NCBI GenBank assembly: GCA_963725935.1
Contig: CAVSAM010000009.1
Span: 55,321-119,320 of the forward strand
Direction of reading: 5' to 3'
Origin: an uncultured Acidimicrobiaceae bacterium
Lineage (GTDB): Bacteria; Actinomycetota; Acidimicrobiia; Acidimicrobiales; Palsa-688
DNA: 64,000 nucleotides
Made by a program: the position numbers and the translations under genes. The notes under the pieces were generated by a model that was given only the letters and a program-made list of their open reading frames with translations, ran no database searches and was not told the origin of the DNA. Shown in pieces: positions 20,801 to 28,378 of the stretch (positions within the stretch are counted from its first letter, which is position 1; every line of letters begins with the position of its first letter).

Positions 20801-20894
20801 AGACCCTGGACGCCGCTCGAGACTTCTGCACCGGGGGAGCGTGTTTGGCGAGGAGCCGAGCCGCTTGATCATGAGGGCGGATGTCTTCGATCAC
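17805..20894 (-). CDS. Large secreted/surface protein: right-handed beta-helix (choice-of-anchor-Q-like) + Ig-like + Pro-rich linkers + C-terminal 43-aa-repeat propeller
   Basis: 1,029 aa.
- N-terminal hydrophobic signal/anchor.
- Many ..SGS.F..N....GGAI.N repeats.
- LLAPLANNGGPTETLAL..NPAIG......CPATDQRG......CDAGAVQ, a hallmark of choice-of-anchor-Q / CSLREA-type beta-helix proteins.
- About 5.8 copies of GGVFSFGDAGFHGSAA..L..PVVAMAATPDGKGYWLASSN at the C-terminus. Confidence 0.85.
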   Translation of the reverse strand: MIEDIRPHDQAARLLAKHAPPVQKSRAASRVSATHLGRRALAVLLGTAGATVAATALVTGGLVTLSSAGATGTVLYAAPTAQGAGDCSTAPSACTLNTALAQVGPGGTIELISTGPYSGGFTLSTAGTTSSSPVTIEPAPGVEDPVLSGASDQLVLNIASAAYVTISGVTIEDGSNDNGAAGINDSAGGTLTVSGSNFTDNEGNNGGAIGIGVGTGGTGTATVSGSSFSGNFANWGGAINVGDGPGNSGTLYVSGSTFTDNSSYNYAGGALAIGDFGASGTATITGSTFTGNNAGDEGGAIDNGFYSSLDGHTGHATLVVSGTTFDDNSGNSGPGGAIENAGGDGGLGTASVTTSTFIDNFGAIGGGAIDNAFGSGSVGTLTVTSSTFTGDTAHNGGSPAIENGGGNPAGNATTTVTADIFAEDCNSSSGTWTDGGYNVAADGTCLNGGTDDNDAFEDLSSLLAPLANNGGPTETLALNGTNPAIGIIPNGTSELCPATDQRGTTSQEGGACDAGAVQLAAQTVAFTTTAPASPTVGTSYAPAAIASSGLGAVISIDGSASGCALDGDLVTFTAPGSCVIDANQAGNNWNAPAAQVQQTITVPSPPAEPAVPPAPAGPIAPVPPAGSSSWASASSFTPSGNAIATIAGTTADGQGIGALTVAEYSSDPVGPTNFPVSGDFFDVRSSSLASFRSLTIEVCGLAGGRNLEWWDPEAGWQQVWPAPTYTPGPPPCLTVTLSGVSSPSLTQLTGTVFAASVPPSAPAPSAPASSSPPVPVTVPYGLVSAGGGVFSFGGPGFQGSATGLHLNSPVVAMAPTPEGKGYWLASSNGGVFSFGDAGFHGSAAEMRLGGPVVAMAATPDGKGYWLASSNGGVFSFGNAGFHGSAAEIHWARPIVAMAATPDGKGYWLASSNGGVFSFGDAGFHGSGAHLEMGGRVAAMAATPAGGGYWLASSNGGVFSFGDASFRGSAAGMRLGGPVVAMAATPDGKGYWLASSNGGVFSFGNASFHGSAAGMRLGGPVVGMATGRYG
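17808..18551 (-). repeat. Coding tandem repeat, 129-nt unit x ~5.8, nearly identical copies
   Basis: Long identical DNA blocks recur every 129 nt, for example AAGCTGAACACACCGCCGTTCGACGAGGCGAGCCAGTACCCCTTCCCGTCGGGCGTTGC. The repeat explains the stack of shadow ORFs at 17744-18535. Confidence 0.9.
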
Positions 20895-21019
20895 CTTCTT
20901 GTCATCGGTGCGGTCCGGCGCTCACAGAAGGAATTTTCCGAGTCTGAGGGCGAGCGAAGGGAAGGCGCAGCGCCCTGGCGTGGGGTAGCGTCTTGGCACC
21001 TCTAGGAAAGGATCCTTTC

Positions 21020-21316
21020 ATGCTCTTTCACGTGACCTGGGATTACGTCGACAACAGCGACGAAGCGCAGCGCGAGGGCATTGCCATGCTCGGGAAATGG
21101 CAGCCGCCAGCCGGTGCCGAGTTCAAAGGTTTCTACAGCTTCGCGGACGGCAGCGGCGGCGTCGCCATAGTTGAGGTCGATAGTGCCGCAACACTCGCCC
21201 GCACCACCGCGCCCTGGACCACCTCGCTGAGCTTTACCGCGAGCCCGATCATCCCGGTCGAAGAGTCGACCGCCATCAGTATCGAGGCCTTCGCATTCCG
21301 GGACTCGGTGAGCTGA
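21020..21316 (+). CDS. DUF3303-like small protein
   Basis: The sequence is MLFHVTWDYVDNSDEAQREGIAMLGKWQPPAGAEFKGFYSFADGSGGVAIVEVDSAATLARTTAPW...F..SPIIPVEES. I chose the start at the internal ATG at 21020. Confidence 0.65.
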   Translation: MLFHVTWDYVDNSDEAQREGIAMLGKWQPPAGAEFKGFYSFADGSGGVAIVEVDSAATLARTTAPWTTSLSFTASPIIPVEESTAISIEAFAFRDSVS

Positions 21317-21370
21317 CCGCGACAGCGCTGCCACTCCGGGGGAGGGTCAATTTGCCTGCCTGCCATTCAC

Positions 21371-21460
21371 CAACTTTTCATGGCGGTGACCGATCTGGGC
21401 TCGAAGAGTGGACATCACTGAGCCTCGTGCAAAAAAATCGCCGTTCCGGTGACCGACGAG
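21371..21460 (-). repeat. Interspersed repeat family R2, copy B
   Basis: The element is CAACTTTTCATGGCGGTGACCGATCTG...GGACATC...CGTGCAAAAAAATCGCCGTTCCGGTGACCGACG. It lies in the convergent gap between the DUF3303 gene and the hemerythrin gene. Confidence 0.85.
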
Positions 21461-21467
21461 GGTTCGC

Positions 21468-21974
21468 TCAGAAAGGCCAGTAGTCCCAGGAGCCCAGGAC
21501 CGGGGCCAGTACCTCTTCCTCGTAGGCGAGGTGCTCGAGGAGGTGCCGGGACAATTCGTCGAGACCGGCGACGAGCAGCGGCCGCGCGGTGACATCGTCC
21601 GGCCCGGCTAGTTGGTTGGCGGCGCTTTCGACGCCGTCGAGCAGGTCAGAGACCCGGCGGTGGTCTGCTTCGAGCTTGTCCACCACGGCTGCCAGTTCGG
21701 GGGCGGACTTGCGAACGGCCGGGAACAGCCAGGCGTCCTCGTGGCCGTGGTGACTGTGCACGAAGCGGCAATAGTAAAGGCAGTTGACCCGCAATTGGAA
21801 CAGCGGCCCCCGCGTTTGTAGCGCCTCGATCTTTGCCCGTACGTCGCTCACGGGGGCGCCGTTGGCCACCTCGACGGCGAGCTCACGGCAGGCCTGAAGC
21901 TCGCCGCGGACCAGGCTGTGCACCCATTTCAACTGCCCCAGCAGTACGTTGCGCGCCTCCTCGACGGGGCTCAT
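21468..21974 (-). CDS. Hemerythrin HHE cation-binding domain protein
   Basis: 168 aa with His/Glu-rich metal-ligand motifs: FVHSHHGHEDAWLFP, LEADHRRVSDLL, HLLEHLAYEEE. Confidence 0.8.
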   Translation of the reverse strand: MSPVEEARNVLLGQLKWVHSLVRGELQACRELAVEVANGAPVSDVRAKIEALQTRGPLFQLRVNCLYYCRFVHSHHGHEDAWLFPAVRKSAPELAAVVDKLEADHRRVSDLLDGVESAANQLAGPDDVTARPLLVAGLDELSRHLLEHLAYEEEVLAPVLGSWDYWPF

Positions 21975-22219
21975 GGTCAGGTGCTCCGAGCTGATGGCAG
22001 GTACGCGGGCATGCCCCGGTGAAGGATCGCCATAGGCAAGATGTTAGGTGGTGCCGTGTCGGTGACGGTCCGCCCAACTTAGGCGGGTGACCCAGAATGC
22101 GACCAAATGCCCCTATCGCGCCGCCGGCTACGCTCCCGCGCCCGCAGCTACTACCGACTGCAGCCAAGGTTCCCTAAAGGCGTTTGAGCCGCAGGGGCAG
22201 GCTCGTCAAGCGCGGCCGT

Positions 22220-22402
22220 TCAGGAGCGGGCTGGGGTGATCTCCCACCCCTCGTCATGGAGCCAGCGGACCAGAGTTTGGGGGTCCGGTCGGTCGTAAGC
22301 ACCCGGTTCATCCGGTGCGAATTGGCCCAGGTAATCGGCAATGACGGCGACCGGGTCACGTAGGGGGAGGATGAAAGCTCCGGTCTGCGGCTCGTCGCTC
22401 AT
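22220..22402 (-). CDS. Hypothetical small protein
   Basis: ORF MSDEPQTGAFILPLRDPVAVIADYLGQFAPDEPGAYDRPDPQTLVRWLHDEGWEITPARS. No family was recognised and the SD is weak. Confidence 0.4.
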   Translation of the reverse strand: MSDEPQTGAFILPLRDPVAVIADYLGQFAPDEPGAYDRPDPQTLVRWLHDEGWEITPARS

Positions 22403-22780
22403 GGGACCACCATAGTTCCCTGCGGGATCTGGGCAGGGACTGTCGGCCAGCGCCGCGGCAGACGCGGAGACCACTGGCGCTGGCGGGAAGGCGGAGCGCT
22501 TAGGTGGGCACGACCCGTTGGCTGTAAGTGGCCGGCGCGCTAGCCGGGACAGGCAGCGTTCGGGACGGGGTGTAGTCGACAGGGACCGAGCATCGCGGCG
22601 ACAGGTGAGGCACGGGCTCCCATTGCGACGCCTGCGGCGATCGCGGGAACGGCAAGAGGCGGTAATACGGGCTATAACCCGGTGGTCCCGGCGGTCTCCG
22701 GGAAAGGCCCTAATGCCGAGGTGTAGCGTCGCCAGCGGCCCCGGTACTACCGCCGAGGGCCGTCAAGCACAGGAGCCACC

Positions 22781-23047
22781 ATGCCCACCGTCGTTGGCCA
22801 CCACAAGATCAGCAAGGGTAAAGACCATTGGTTGTCTTCACCCAAACGTGAAGAGATTTTCGGCCCTCTGGGCGTCACCAATATCCGCACCTTCGTGGAC
22901 CCCCAAGATCCGACCCAGGTCGCCGTGGTCATGGATATCGCCGACCTAGACGTCGTCATGGCCGCAATGCAGCGCCCGGAGATGGCAGCGGCGATGGACC
23001 ACGACGGCGTCATACCGGAGACGTTGGTCCTGTTGGTCGAGGAATAA
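22781..23047 (+). CDS. Hypothetical small cytoplasmic protein (88 aa)
   Basis: ATG preceded by AGGAG. The sequence is non-repetitive and balanced (..NIRTFVDPQDPTQVAVVMDIADLDVVMAAMQRPEMAAAMDHDGVIPETLVLLVEE). It possibly has a small alpha+beta fold, but I did not recognise it with confidence. Confidence 0.55.
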   Translation: MPTVVGHHKISKGKDHWLSSPKREEIFGPLGVTNIRTFVDPQDPTQVAVVMDIADLDVVMAAMQRPEMAAAMDHDGVIPETLVLLVEE

Positions 23048-23099
23048 CGCTTCTTAGGGCCGCGGGACAGAGGCTCTGCGGGCACAGACAAGCCGCCCC

Positions 23100-24944
23100 C
23101 TAGTCGGCCGGCTTTCCCTTCTCGTACCAGCGGCGCCAGATCAACCGATGGACGGGGACCAGGCGGGGTATGTCCCGCAGCCCGGGGATAAATGGAACGG
23201 CTAGCAGCAAGATCGTCGCCGCTCCGGTTAGGTAGACGGCGATCAAGTCGACGTTGGCGGAATTATCGAACCCTGGCACCTGGTACCACAGGGTATAAAG
23301 CCAGAGCCAGGGCTGGCCCGGGTAGCTGCCGGTCTCGTTCATGACGCCCCATTGAGCGCCGCTCAGGTGGTCAGCCGTGGCGACAGAGGAAAAGTACTGG
23401 CCGTCTTCGAGGAACAGGAGCGGCTTGGTGAAATTGGTCCCGTAAAAAGACTGGTTGGCAATGAGATCGGCGTCCAGCGCTCCGCTGCGTGCCAGTGTCA
23501 GCTCGGTGGAGACCAGTGCGGGCACCGGCCCGTCGGCAGCGGGGGGCACGACCAGCGTGCTGCCGTGGAAGACGAGCTTGGTGAGGGCTTTGCTGTATGC
23601 GCTGTCCCACGAGCTCTGCGTGGCGGGGGCCGCGGCGTTGTAGCGTTGTAGCGCGGCCGCTAGGGCGGGGTTCGTGGGAGCGACCTTTTCCAAGGGGGAC
23701 AATACAAAGGTCTGTGCCGCGTTGATGCTCTGGCGCACCCCCACAATTGTCTCTGGCGAGAACAAGATGCGTTGAGTGCTTCCGTTCCCGCTGTTGTAGG
23801 GCGGCCCATAGGTGGCGGTCTCGCTCGTGCCGGCGAGCTCGCTGGCGGCGGTCCCCACGAAATCAGCGGGAGCAACGTTGGCCCACGTGGCGATGGAAAG
23901 GGGCGGGACGTCCGGCGATGACAGCAGGCCAGCCAGCGCCACCACGAGGACCACGACGATCAGGGTTGCCACCGACGCTTCCTTTATAATGTCGTAACGC
24001 CGTGTCGGTCCTCGCCAGTCGGCCCGGTCGGCGGCGGCAGAAGCCCGCAGGGCATTTCGGCCCCGGTCTCGGTGGGCGGGCAGCGGGTGGACCACTCCGC
24101 GGACGCGCACCGCAAGCACGTGGGCCCCGACGATCGCGACCAGCACGAGCGGCAACAGGACGATGTGCCACATGAGCATTTGGCCGAAGTTCATAACGTT
24201 GAAAAAGGCGCCCACTCCGACGGCATCAAAGGCGTCCTTGCCGCTGGTCGAAATCCACTGCGAGTCGAAGTTCTGCTGGGACACGTAGCCCGTGAAACAC
24301 TCGACGATCGATGCCATGAATGCCACCACGCCAGTGACCCAGGTCAAGGCCCGCCGGCCCCGCCACGCCGCCATCCAGAACTTGCCCCACAAGTGGATGA
24401 CCATGAAGGCCATGAACGCTTCGACGCTCCACAGGTGGAGGCTGTTGAAGAAATGCCCGAGGGGGTCGGTGTGCCACCAGTCCGGGCCGCCTAGGGCGAG
24501 GGCGAGGCCCGAGGCGATGGCGACTCCCAGCGCGGCCAGGGTTGCCACGCCGAACACGTAAATCCACGACGCCACGTAAGCCGGCTGACGATCGGGCAAC
24601 AACTTCCCCGGGGGGAGCAGCCGGAGCGCCTGACGTCGCACCCGGGATGTCCACATGGCGGCGTCGGCTTCGTCCCCTAGGTCCGCCCGCATCGCTGCTA
24701 CCGGTAACGTCCTACCGTCGGCCTCGGTGTCGGCCCTAGCGGCGACGTCGTTGCTCGCCTCCGGCGGTTGGCCCGTCCCGTGATCGGGGAAACGGACAAG
24801 GAGGGCGGCGCCAAAGATCACCACCATGACGACGATCAGGGCCAGGTTGGCTTCCGAAACGGTGAAGATGGACCAGTGAAGGTAGCGACCAGGTCGGTCC
24901 AGGTTGACCACAGACGCCAGAATTAAACTTCTAACCACGGCCAA
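23100..24944 (-). CDS. Cytochrome b N-terminal (bis-heme) domain fused to a large extracytoplasmic domain
   Basis: 614 aa. The heme-ligand patterns are H-x13-H (HLWSVEAFMAFMVIH) and H-x14-H (HIVLLPLVLVAIVGAH), in TM helices with the correct spacing. After these come one TM, a ~230-aa soluble region and a final TM. No PEWY motif is present, and there is no Rieske or cytochrome c gene nearby. Confidence 0.75.
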   Translation of the reverse strand: MAVVRSLILASVVNLDRPGRYLHWSIFTVSEANLALIVVMVVIFGAALLVRFPDHGTGQPPEASNDVAARADTEADGRTLPVAAMRADLGDEADAAMWTSRVRRQALRLLPPGKLLPDRQPAYVASWIYVFGVATLAALGVAIASGLALALGGPDWWHTDPLGHFFNSLHLWSVEAFMAFMVIHLWGKFWMAAWRGRRALTWVTGVVAFMASIVECFTGYVSQQNFDSQWISTSGKDAFDAVGVGAFFNVMNFGQMLMWHIVLLPLVLVAIVGAHVLAVRVRGVVHPLPAHRDRGRNALRASAAADRADWRGPTRRYDIIKEASVATLIVVVLVVALAGLLSSPDVPPLSIATWANVAPADFVGTAASELAGTSETATYGPPYNSGNGSTQRILFSPETIVGVRQSINAAQTFVLSPLEKVAPTNPALAAALQRYNAAAPATQSSWDSAYSKALTKLVFHGSTLVVPPAADGPVPALVSTELTLARSGALDADLIANQSFYGTNFTKPLLFLEDGQYFSSVATADHLSGAQWGVMNETGSYPGQPWLWLYTLWYQVPGFDNSANVDLIAVYLTGAATILLLAVPFIPGLRDIPRLVPVHRLIWRRWYEKGKPAD

Positions 24945-25107
24945 GCCCTCCTCTGGTTGACCGAGGTTACGATATTAGGTCGACCGTGTGTCGGATAGGG
25001 CCATTCGTCCCGACCGTCAGGTCATCACACAAGGCAGTGCGATCGTGCGGTCGGCCGGACTGCGCCGGGCACGCGCCTGCAGAGATGCAGCTTCGCGCCA
25101 GGTGTGT

Positions 25108-25482
25108 TTAGGGAGCCAGCACCGACCGGGGAAGCGGTTGGATCATTCCGAAGATATTGCCCTCAGTATCGTGTGCGTAGATGGTGTCGCCGATACCGGG
25201 GACAGTCTGCCTTTCACCAACAATTTCGCCTCCTGACGCCTTGACCTTGTCAATCATGGCGTCCAGGTTATCGACAGAGATCCAGTGCACCACGGGTTGG
25301 GTTTTATAGGCACGAGGCATAATTGCACCATTGATGCCGATCTCTCCTTCCCCGGTATCAACTAGCCAGTACTCGGCCCCGGGCGTCCCAGAATCGTTGA
25401 TCGTCCAGTCAAAGATCTCATAGAACTTACGTGCGCGGGAAACGTCGTCGGCAGTAATTTCAAAATGAACAACTCGCCCCAT
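25108..25482 (-). CDS. VOC-family (glyoxalase/bleomycin-resistance fold) protein
   Basis: 124 aa containing MGRVVHFEITADDVSRARKFYEIFDW...GINGAIM......HWISVDNLDAMIDKVKASGGEIV......PGIGDTIYAHDTEGNIFGMIQ. Confidence 0.85.
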   Translation of the reverse strand: MGRVVHFEITADDVSRARKFYEIFDWTINDSGTPGAEYWLVDTGEGEIGINGAIMPRAYKTQPVVHWISVDNLDAMIDKVKASGGEIVGERQTVPGIGDTIYAHDTEGNIFGMIQPLPRSVLAP

Positions 25483-25579
25483 CGCGGCCTCCTTCGAACG
25501 GTCGACCCGGTCATGCTAACTCCAGTACGGCGCGAAGCCGCCTGGCGGCGAAGCGTCTCCGGCCCCGTATGCTCCATTC

Positions 25580-26278
25580 ATGATGGAGTTGGACGCAGTC
25601 GAGGCTCGGGTAATCGGCAGCCTGGCCGAAAAGCAGTTGACCACGCCCCAGCAGTACCCGCTCACGCTCAACGCCTTGGTCCTGGCGTGCAACCAGTCGT
25701 CTAACCGGGACCCTGTCGTGGCCTACGACGAGGGCCTTGTGGAGATCGCTTTGTCGTCACTCAAGGACGCCGGGCTGCTCCGCTTTGTCCACCCGTCTCA
25801 TGGGCGCTCGGTGACCCGGTACCGACAGGTGATCGATGAACGTCTCGGCCTGAGCTCCAGCGCCCTCGCGTTGCTCGCGGTCCTTTTGCTCCGAGGCCCG
25901 CAGACGATAGGGGAGCTGCGAGCCCGCACCGAGCGCATGGCAGAGTTCGCCGACCTCGGGGAGGTTGAAGCCGAGCTGGCGGATTTGGGAGGCCTGCCCG
26001 ACCCACTGGTCCGTCGTCTCCAACGCCAGTCAGGTCACAAGGAAGAGCGGTGGGCGCAGCTTCTCACCGGTGAACCGCCCGTTCAGGTTGGCCGTACCGA
26101 TGCAACCGAGGGCACCGGGTCACCCGGAGGGCTGAGGTCTCTTCCGGTCCGCGACGAAGTCGCATCGCTGCGCGCCGAGGTGGACGTGTTGCGGGCCGAT
26201 GTGAGCGCCGTACGAGGTGAGCTCGCCGAGCTCAAGGCGGACTTGGGCGAATTGCGGGCAGAGTTAGGCGGAGGATAA
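25580..26278 (+). CDS. YceH-like protein (DUF480/UPF0502) with a C-terminal coiled-coil-like tail
   Basis: It is collinear with E. coli YceH: LDAVEARVIGSLAEKQLTTPQQYPLTLNALVLACNQSSNRDPVV, then LLLRGPQTIGELRARTERMAEFADLGEVE. The tail reads ..LRAEVDVLRADVSAVRGELAELKADLGELRAEL. Confidence 0.85.
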   Translation: MMELDAVEARVIGSLAEKQLTTPQQYPLTLNALVLACNQSSNRDPVVAYDEGLVEIALSSLKDAGLLRFVHPSHGRSVTRYRQVIDERLGLSSSALALLAVLLLRGPQTIGELRARTERMAEFADLGEVEAELADLGGLPDPLVRRLQRQSGHKEERWAQLLTGEPPVQVGRTDATEGTGSPGGLRSLPVRDEVASLRAEVDVLRADVSAVRGELAELKADLGELRAELGGG

Positions 26279-26338
26279 ATCTTCGGGATCCGTGAAAGGG
26301 CCAAAGGGTTTCGTGTGGTGGGCTGAAAGGAGACATTC

Positions 26339-27361
26339 ATGGAAAAGAGCGACCTCGGCCGGCCTTCGCGCCGGCACCTTCTGATCGGGGCCGTCGCCGC
26401 CGGCGCGGGAGTGGCCGCCAGCGCGGTTGCAGGCGTCCAACCGGCGGCCGCATCCAGCGGGAATTCGAACGACGTACAGCTCGGAGACGTCAACAGCTGC
26501 AGTGCAACGACCGAGATAGAGACGACCTCGGGTACCGGCCTCCTGGCGACTACAGTCACCGACGGCCAAAGCGGGACAGCGGGCGTGGACAACAGTGCTG
26601 GGGGAGGTCACGGCGCCTACGGCCGATCTGAGAACGGAACGGGCGTCGAAGGCATCACCCTGGGTTACGGCCAGGCCGGCGTGAACGGAGTCGATTCCAG
26701 TACCGACGGTGGCATCGGTGTTTATGGGACTTCGACCTGGGGCACCGGGGTCAAGGGCACATCTGTCCATGCGGCTGGCGTAATCGGGACTAGCTCGCAG
26801 GTACTGCAGAGCGGTGTCGTAGGGCAGGGCACTGGCGGGGCCATCGGTGTCAGTGGTACCTCGGACAGCTTGTACGGGGTTTTTGGCCAAACCCAGGGGG
26901 ACACGCAAAGTGCCGTCCACGGCCACGACCAGAGCTCGGCCGGCGGCTACGGGATGAGCGGGTACTCCGACAATGGGACCGGGGTATTCGGGCTTTGCGG
27001 GACGTCGGGGCAGAGCGGCGTCTATGGCAAGGACACGAGCACCGCAGGCGGCCATGGCATGTACGGGTCATCTGCCAGCGGAGTTGGCGTGATGGCTGAG
27101 AGCACCTCGGGCACCGCTCTATCGGTGCAAGGGGCAGTCAGCTTCTCACGATCGGGTGTGGCCACGGTCCCGGCAGGCAAGGTGATGCTTCGGGTGGTAG
27201 TCGACGGGTTGACCACCTCGAGCCTGGTGCTGGCGACGGTCCAACAGCTGGAGAAAGGGGTGCACCTCGCGGCGGCCGTCCCCGCGCCGGGGTCGTTCAC
27301 AGTGCACCTGACCGCCGCTCCGACCACTCCGTTGAACGTGGCGTGGTTCGTGATCGACTAG
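26339..27361 (+). CDS. Tat-exported Gly-rich repeat protein (beta-solenoid-like), function unknown
   Basis: Twin-arginine signal SRRHLLIGAVAAGAGVAASAVAG. It is followed by ~15 degenerate G.GV.G.S..G repeats (GIGVYGTSTWGTGVKGTS.., GGYGMSGYSDNGTGVFG.., GGHGMYGSSASGVGVMAES). The terminal domain reads ALSVQGAVSFSRSGVATVPAGK...NVAWFVID. Confidence 0.7.
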   Translation: MEKSDLGRPSRRHLLIGAVAAGAGVAASAVAGVQPAAASSGNSNDVQLGDVNSCSATTEIETTSGTGLLATTVTDGQSGTAGVDNSAGGGHGAYGRSENGTGVEGITLGYGQAGVNGVDSSTDGGIGVYGTSTWGTGVKGTSVHAAGVIGTSSQVLQSGVVGQGTGGAIGVSGTSDSLYGVFGQTQGDTQSAVHGHDQSSAGGYGMSGYSDNGTGVFGLCGTSGQSGVYGKDTSTAGGHGMYGSSASGVGVMAESTSGTALSVQGAVSFSRSGVATVPAGKVMLRVVVDGLTTSSLVLATVQQLEKGVHLAAAVPAPGSFTVHLTAAPTTPLNVAWFVID

Positions 27362-27493
27362 CGGGTTACCTTGCTACCCGTCGCGACACAGATGGCCCAT
27401 CCGTTGGCGACCGCGAACGACCCGGTGTGTGCCGTGGCGATGCGGGCCTGCGTGAACCCGACGGCTCAGCCCTTACAACAGGCGACAGGAACT

Positions 27494-27928
27494 TCAGTCG
27501 TCGCCGACGGTATCGACTATCAGGACCGAGCAGTTGGCCTTGTGGGCGACAGAGTTCGGCACGCTGCCGAGCACTCGGCGCACACCTTTCATTCCCCGGT
27601 TCCCGACTACGATCAGGTCGGCGCCCACCTGGTCCGCGACTCGGACGATCGCGTCCGCCGCGTCGCCAGCAGCCGGGTGGTACTCCGCTTCCAAGCCGGC
27701 TTTGCTGACCGAGTCCCGCAGTTTCAGGAGCAAAAGGTCGGCTGGGTCTGTGATCCGGTCCATGAACTCGTCGGGCAGTCTGTCTGCCTTTGCGGATCCA
27801 GGATGGTAGGCGGTCATGACATGTAACTTGCCGCCCAATACCGCCACGAGCTCGATCGCGGTGGCCACGGCTCGAGAGGCGGTAACGGAATCATCGGCCG
27901 CCACTAGAACGGTTTTAAACATGGTCAC
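27494..27928 (-). CDS. Universal stress protein (UspA family)
   Basis: 144 aa containing FKTVLVAADDS.....A..AIEL......LHVMTAY and ..ADLIVVGNRGMKGVRRVLGSVPNSVAHKANCSVLIV. Confidence 0.9.
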   Translation of the reverse strand: MTMFKTVLVAADDSVTASRAVATAIELVAVLGGKLHVMTAYHPGSAKADRLPDEFMDRITDPADLLLLKLRDSVSKAGLEAEYHPAAGDAADAIVRVADQVGADLIVVGNRGMKGVRRVLGSVPNSVAHKANCSVLIVDTVGDD

Positions 27929-28150
27929 CTCCCGTTAGTGCGAGCCGTGAGCCGTCCCCCCAACGCGTAAGGGACGTCCGGCCAGCCAGAAGTTACTATA
28001 GAGGTTGACGCCGCCGCAAACGAAACGGCTCGCCGAGAAACCGGCCGAACGGGATCGCAGGGTCGAGGGCACCTCGGTCTTTGTGGGCGTCTCCGGCTCC
28101 ACTGCTCTAACCGAGCGCTTAGACGCGCGCCGGCGAGCGCACTGGAGTGG

Positions 28151-28375
28151 CTAATCGCCTGGCGAGCCGGCCTCTTTTCTTGGTCGGCCGCGCTTTGGGA
28201 GAGGCCGCGCAGAGGCGCCGCGGCCCGCATCAGTTAGGGCGCGACGCAGTAGGAACTCGATCTGGGCGTTGGTGCTGCGTAGCTCGTCGGATGCCCAGCG
28301 AGCGAGCGCGTCATGGACGGCGGGGTCCAAGCGGAGCAGGATGCTCTTGCGCTCGTTCCCTGAAACGTCAGGCAC
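28151..28375 (-). CDS. Ribbon-helix-helix (Arc/CopG-like) small DNA-binding protein
   Basis: 74 aa. KSILLRLDPAVHDALARWASDELRSTNAQIEFLLRRAL is a typical RHH, followed by a basic tail. The start lies 3 nt after the SPFH stop codon. Confidence 0.7.
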   Translation of the reverse strand: MPDVSGNERKSILLRLDPAVHDALARWASDELRSTNAQIEFLLRRALTDAGRGASARPLPKRGRPRKEAGSPGD

Positions 28376-28378
28376 CGG

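Noticed and set aside
21347-21440. A small peptide encoded inside the R2 repeats on the minus strand (MSTLRAQIGHRHEKL.. in copy B, MSAFQIGDRHEKL.. in copy A).
   Set aside because: Copy C carries an extra nucleotide that changes the frame and gives an unrelated 12-codon ORF, and there is no consistent SD. The conservation is at the nucleotide level, not the coding level.
28005-28154. A 49-codon plus-strand ORF reading ..AERDRRVEGTSVFVGVSGSTALTERLDARR.. that resembles the start of a class-III adenylyl/guanylyl cyclase catalytic domain.
   Set aside because: Only ~25 residues resemble the family, and the ORF stops where the RHH gene ends. It is at best a relic fragment and is too short to call.
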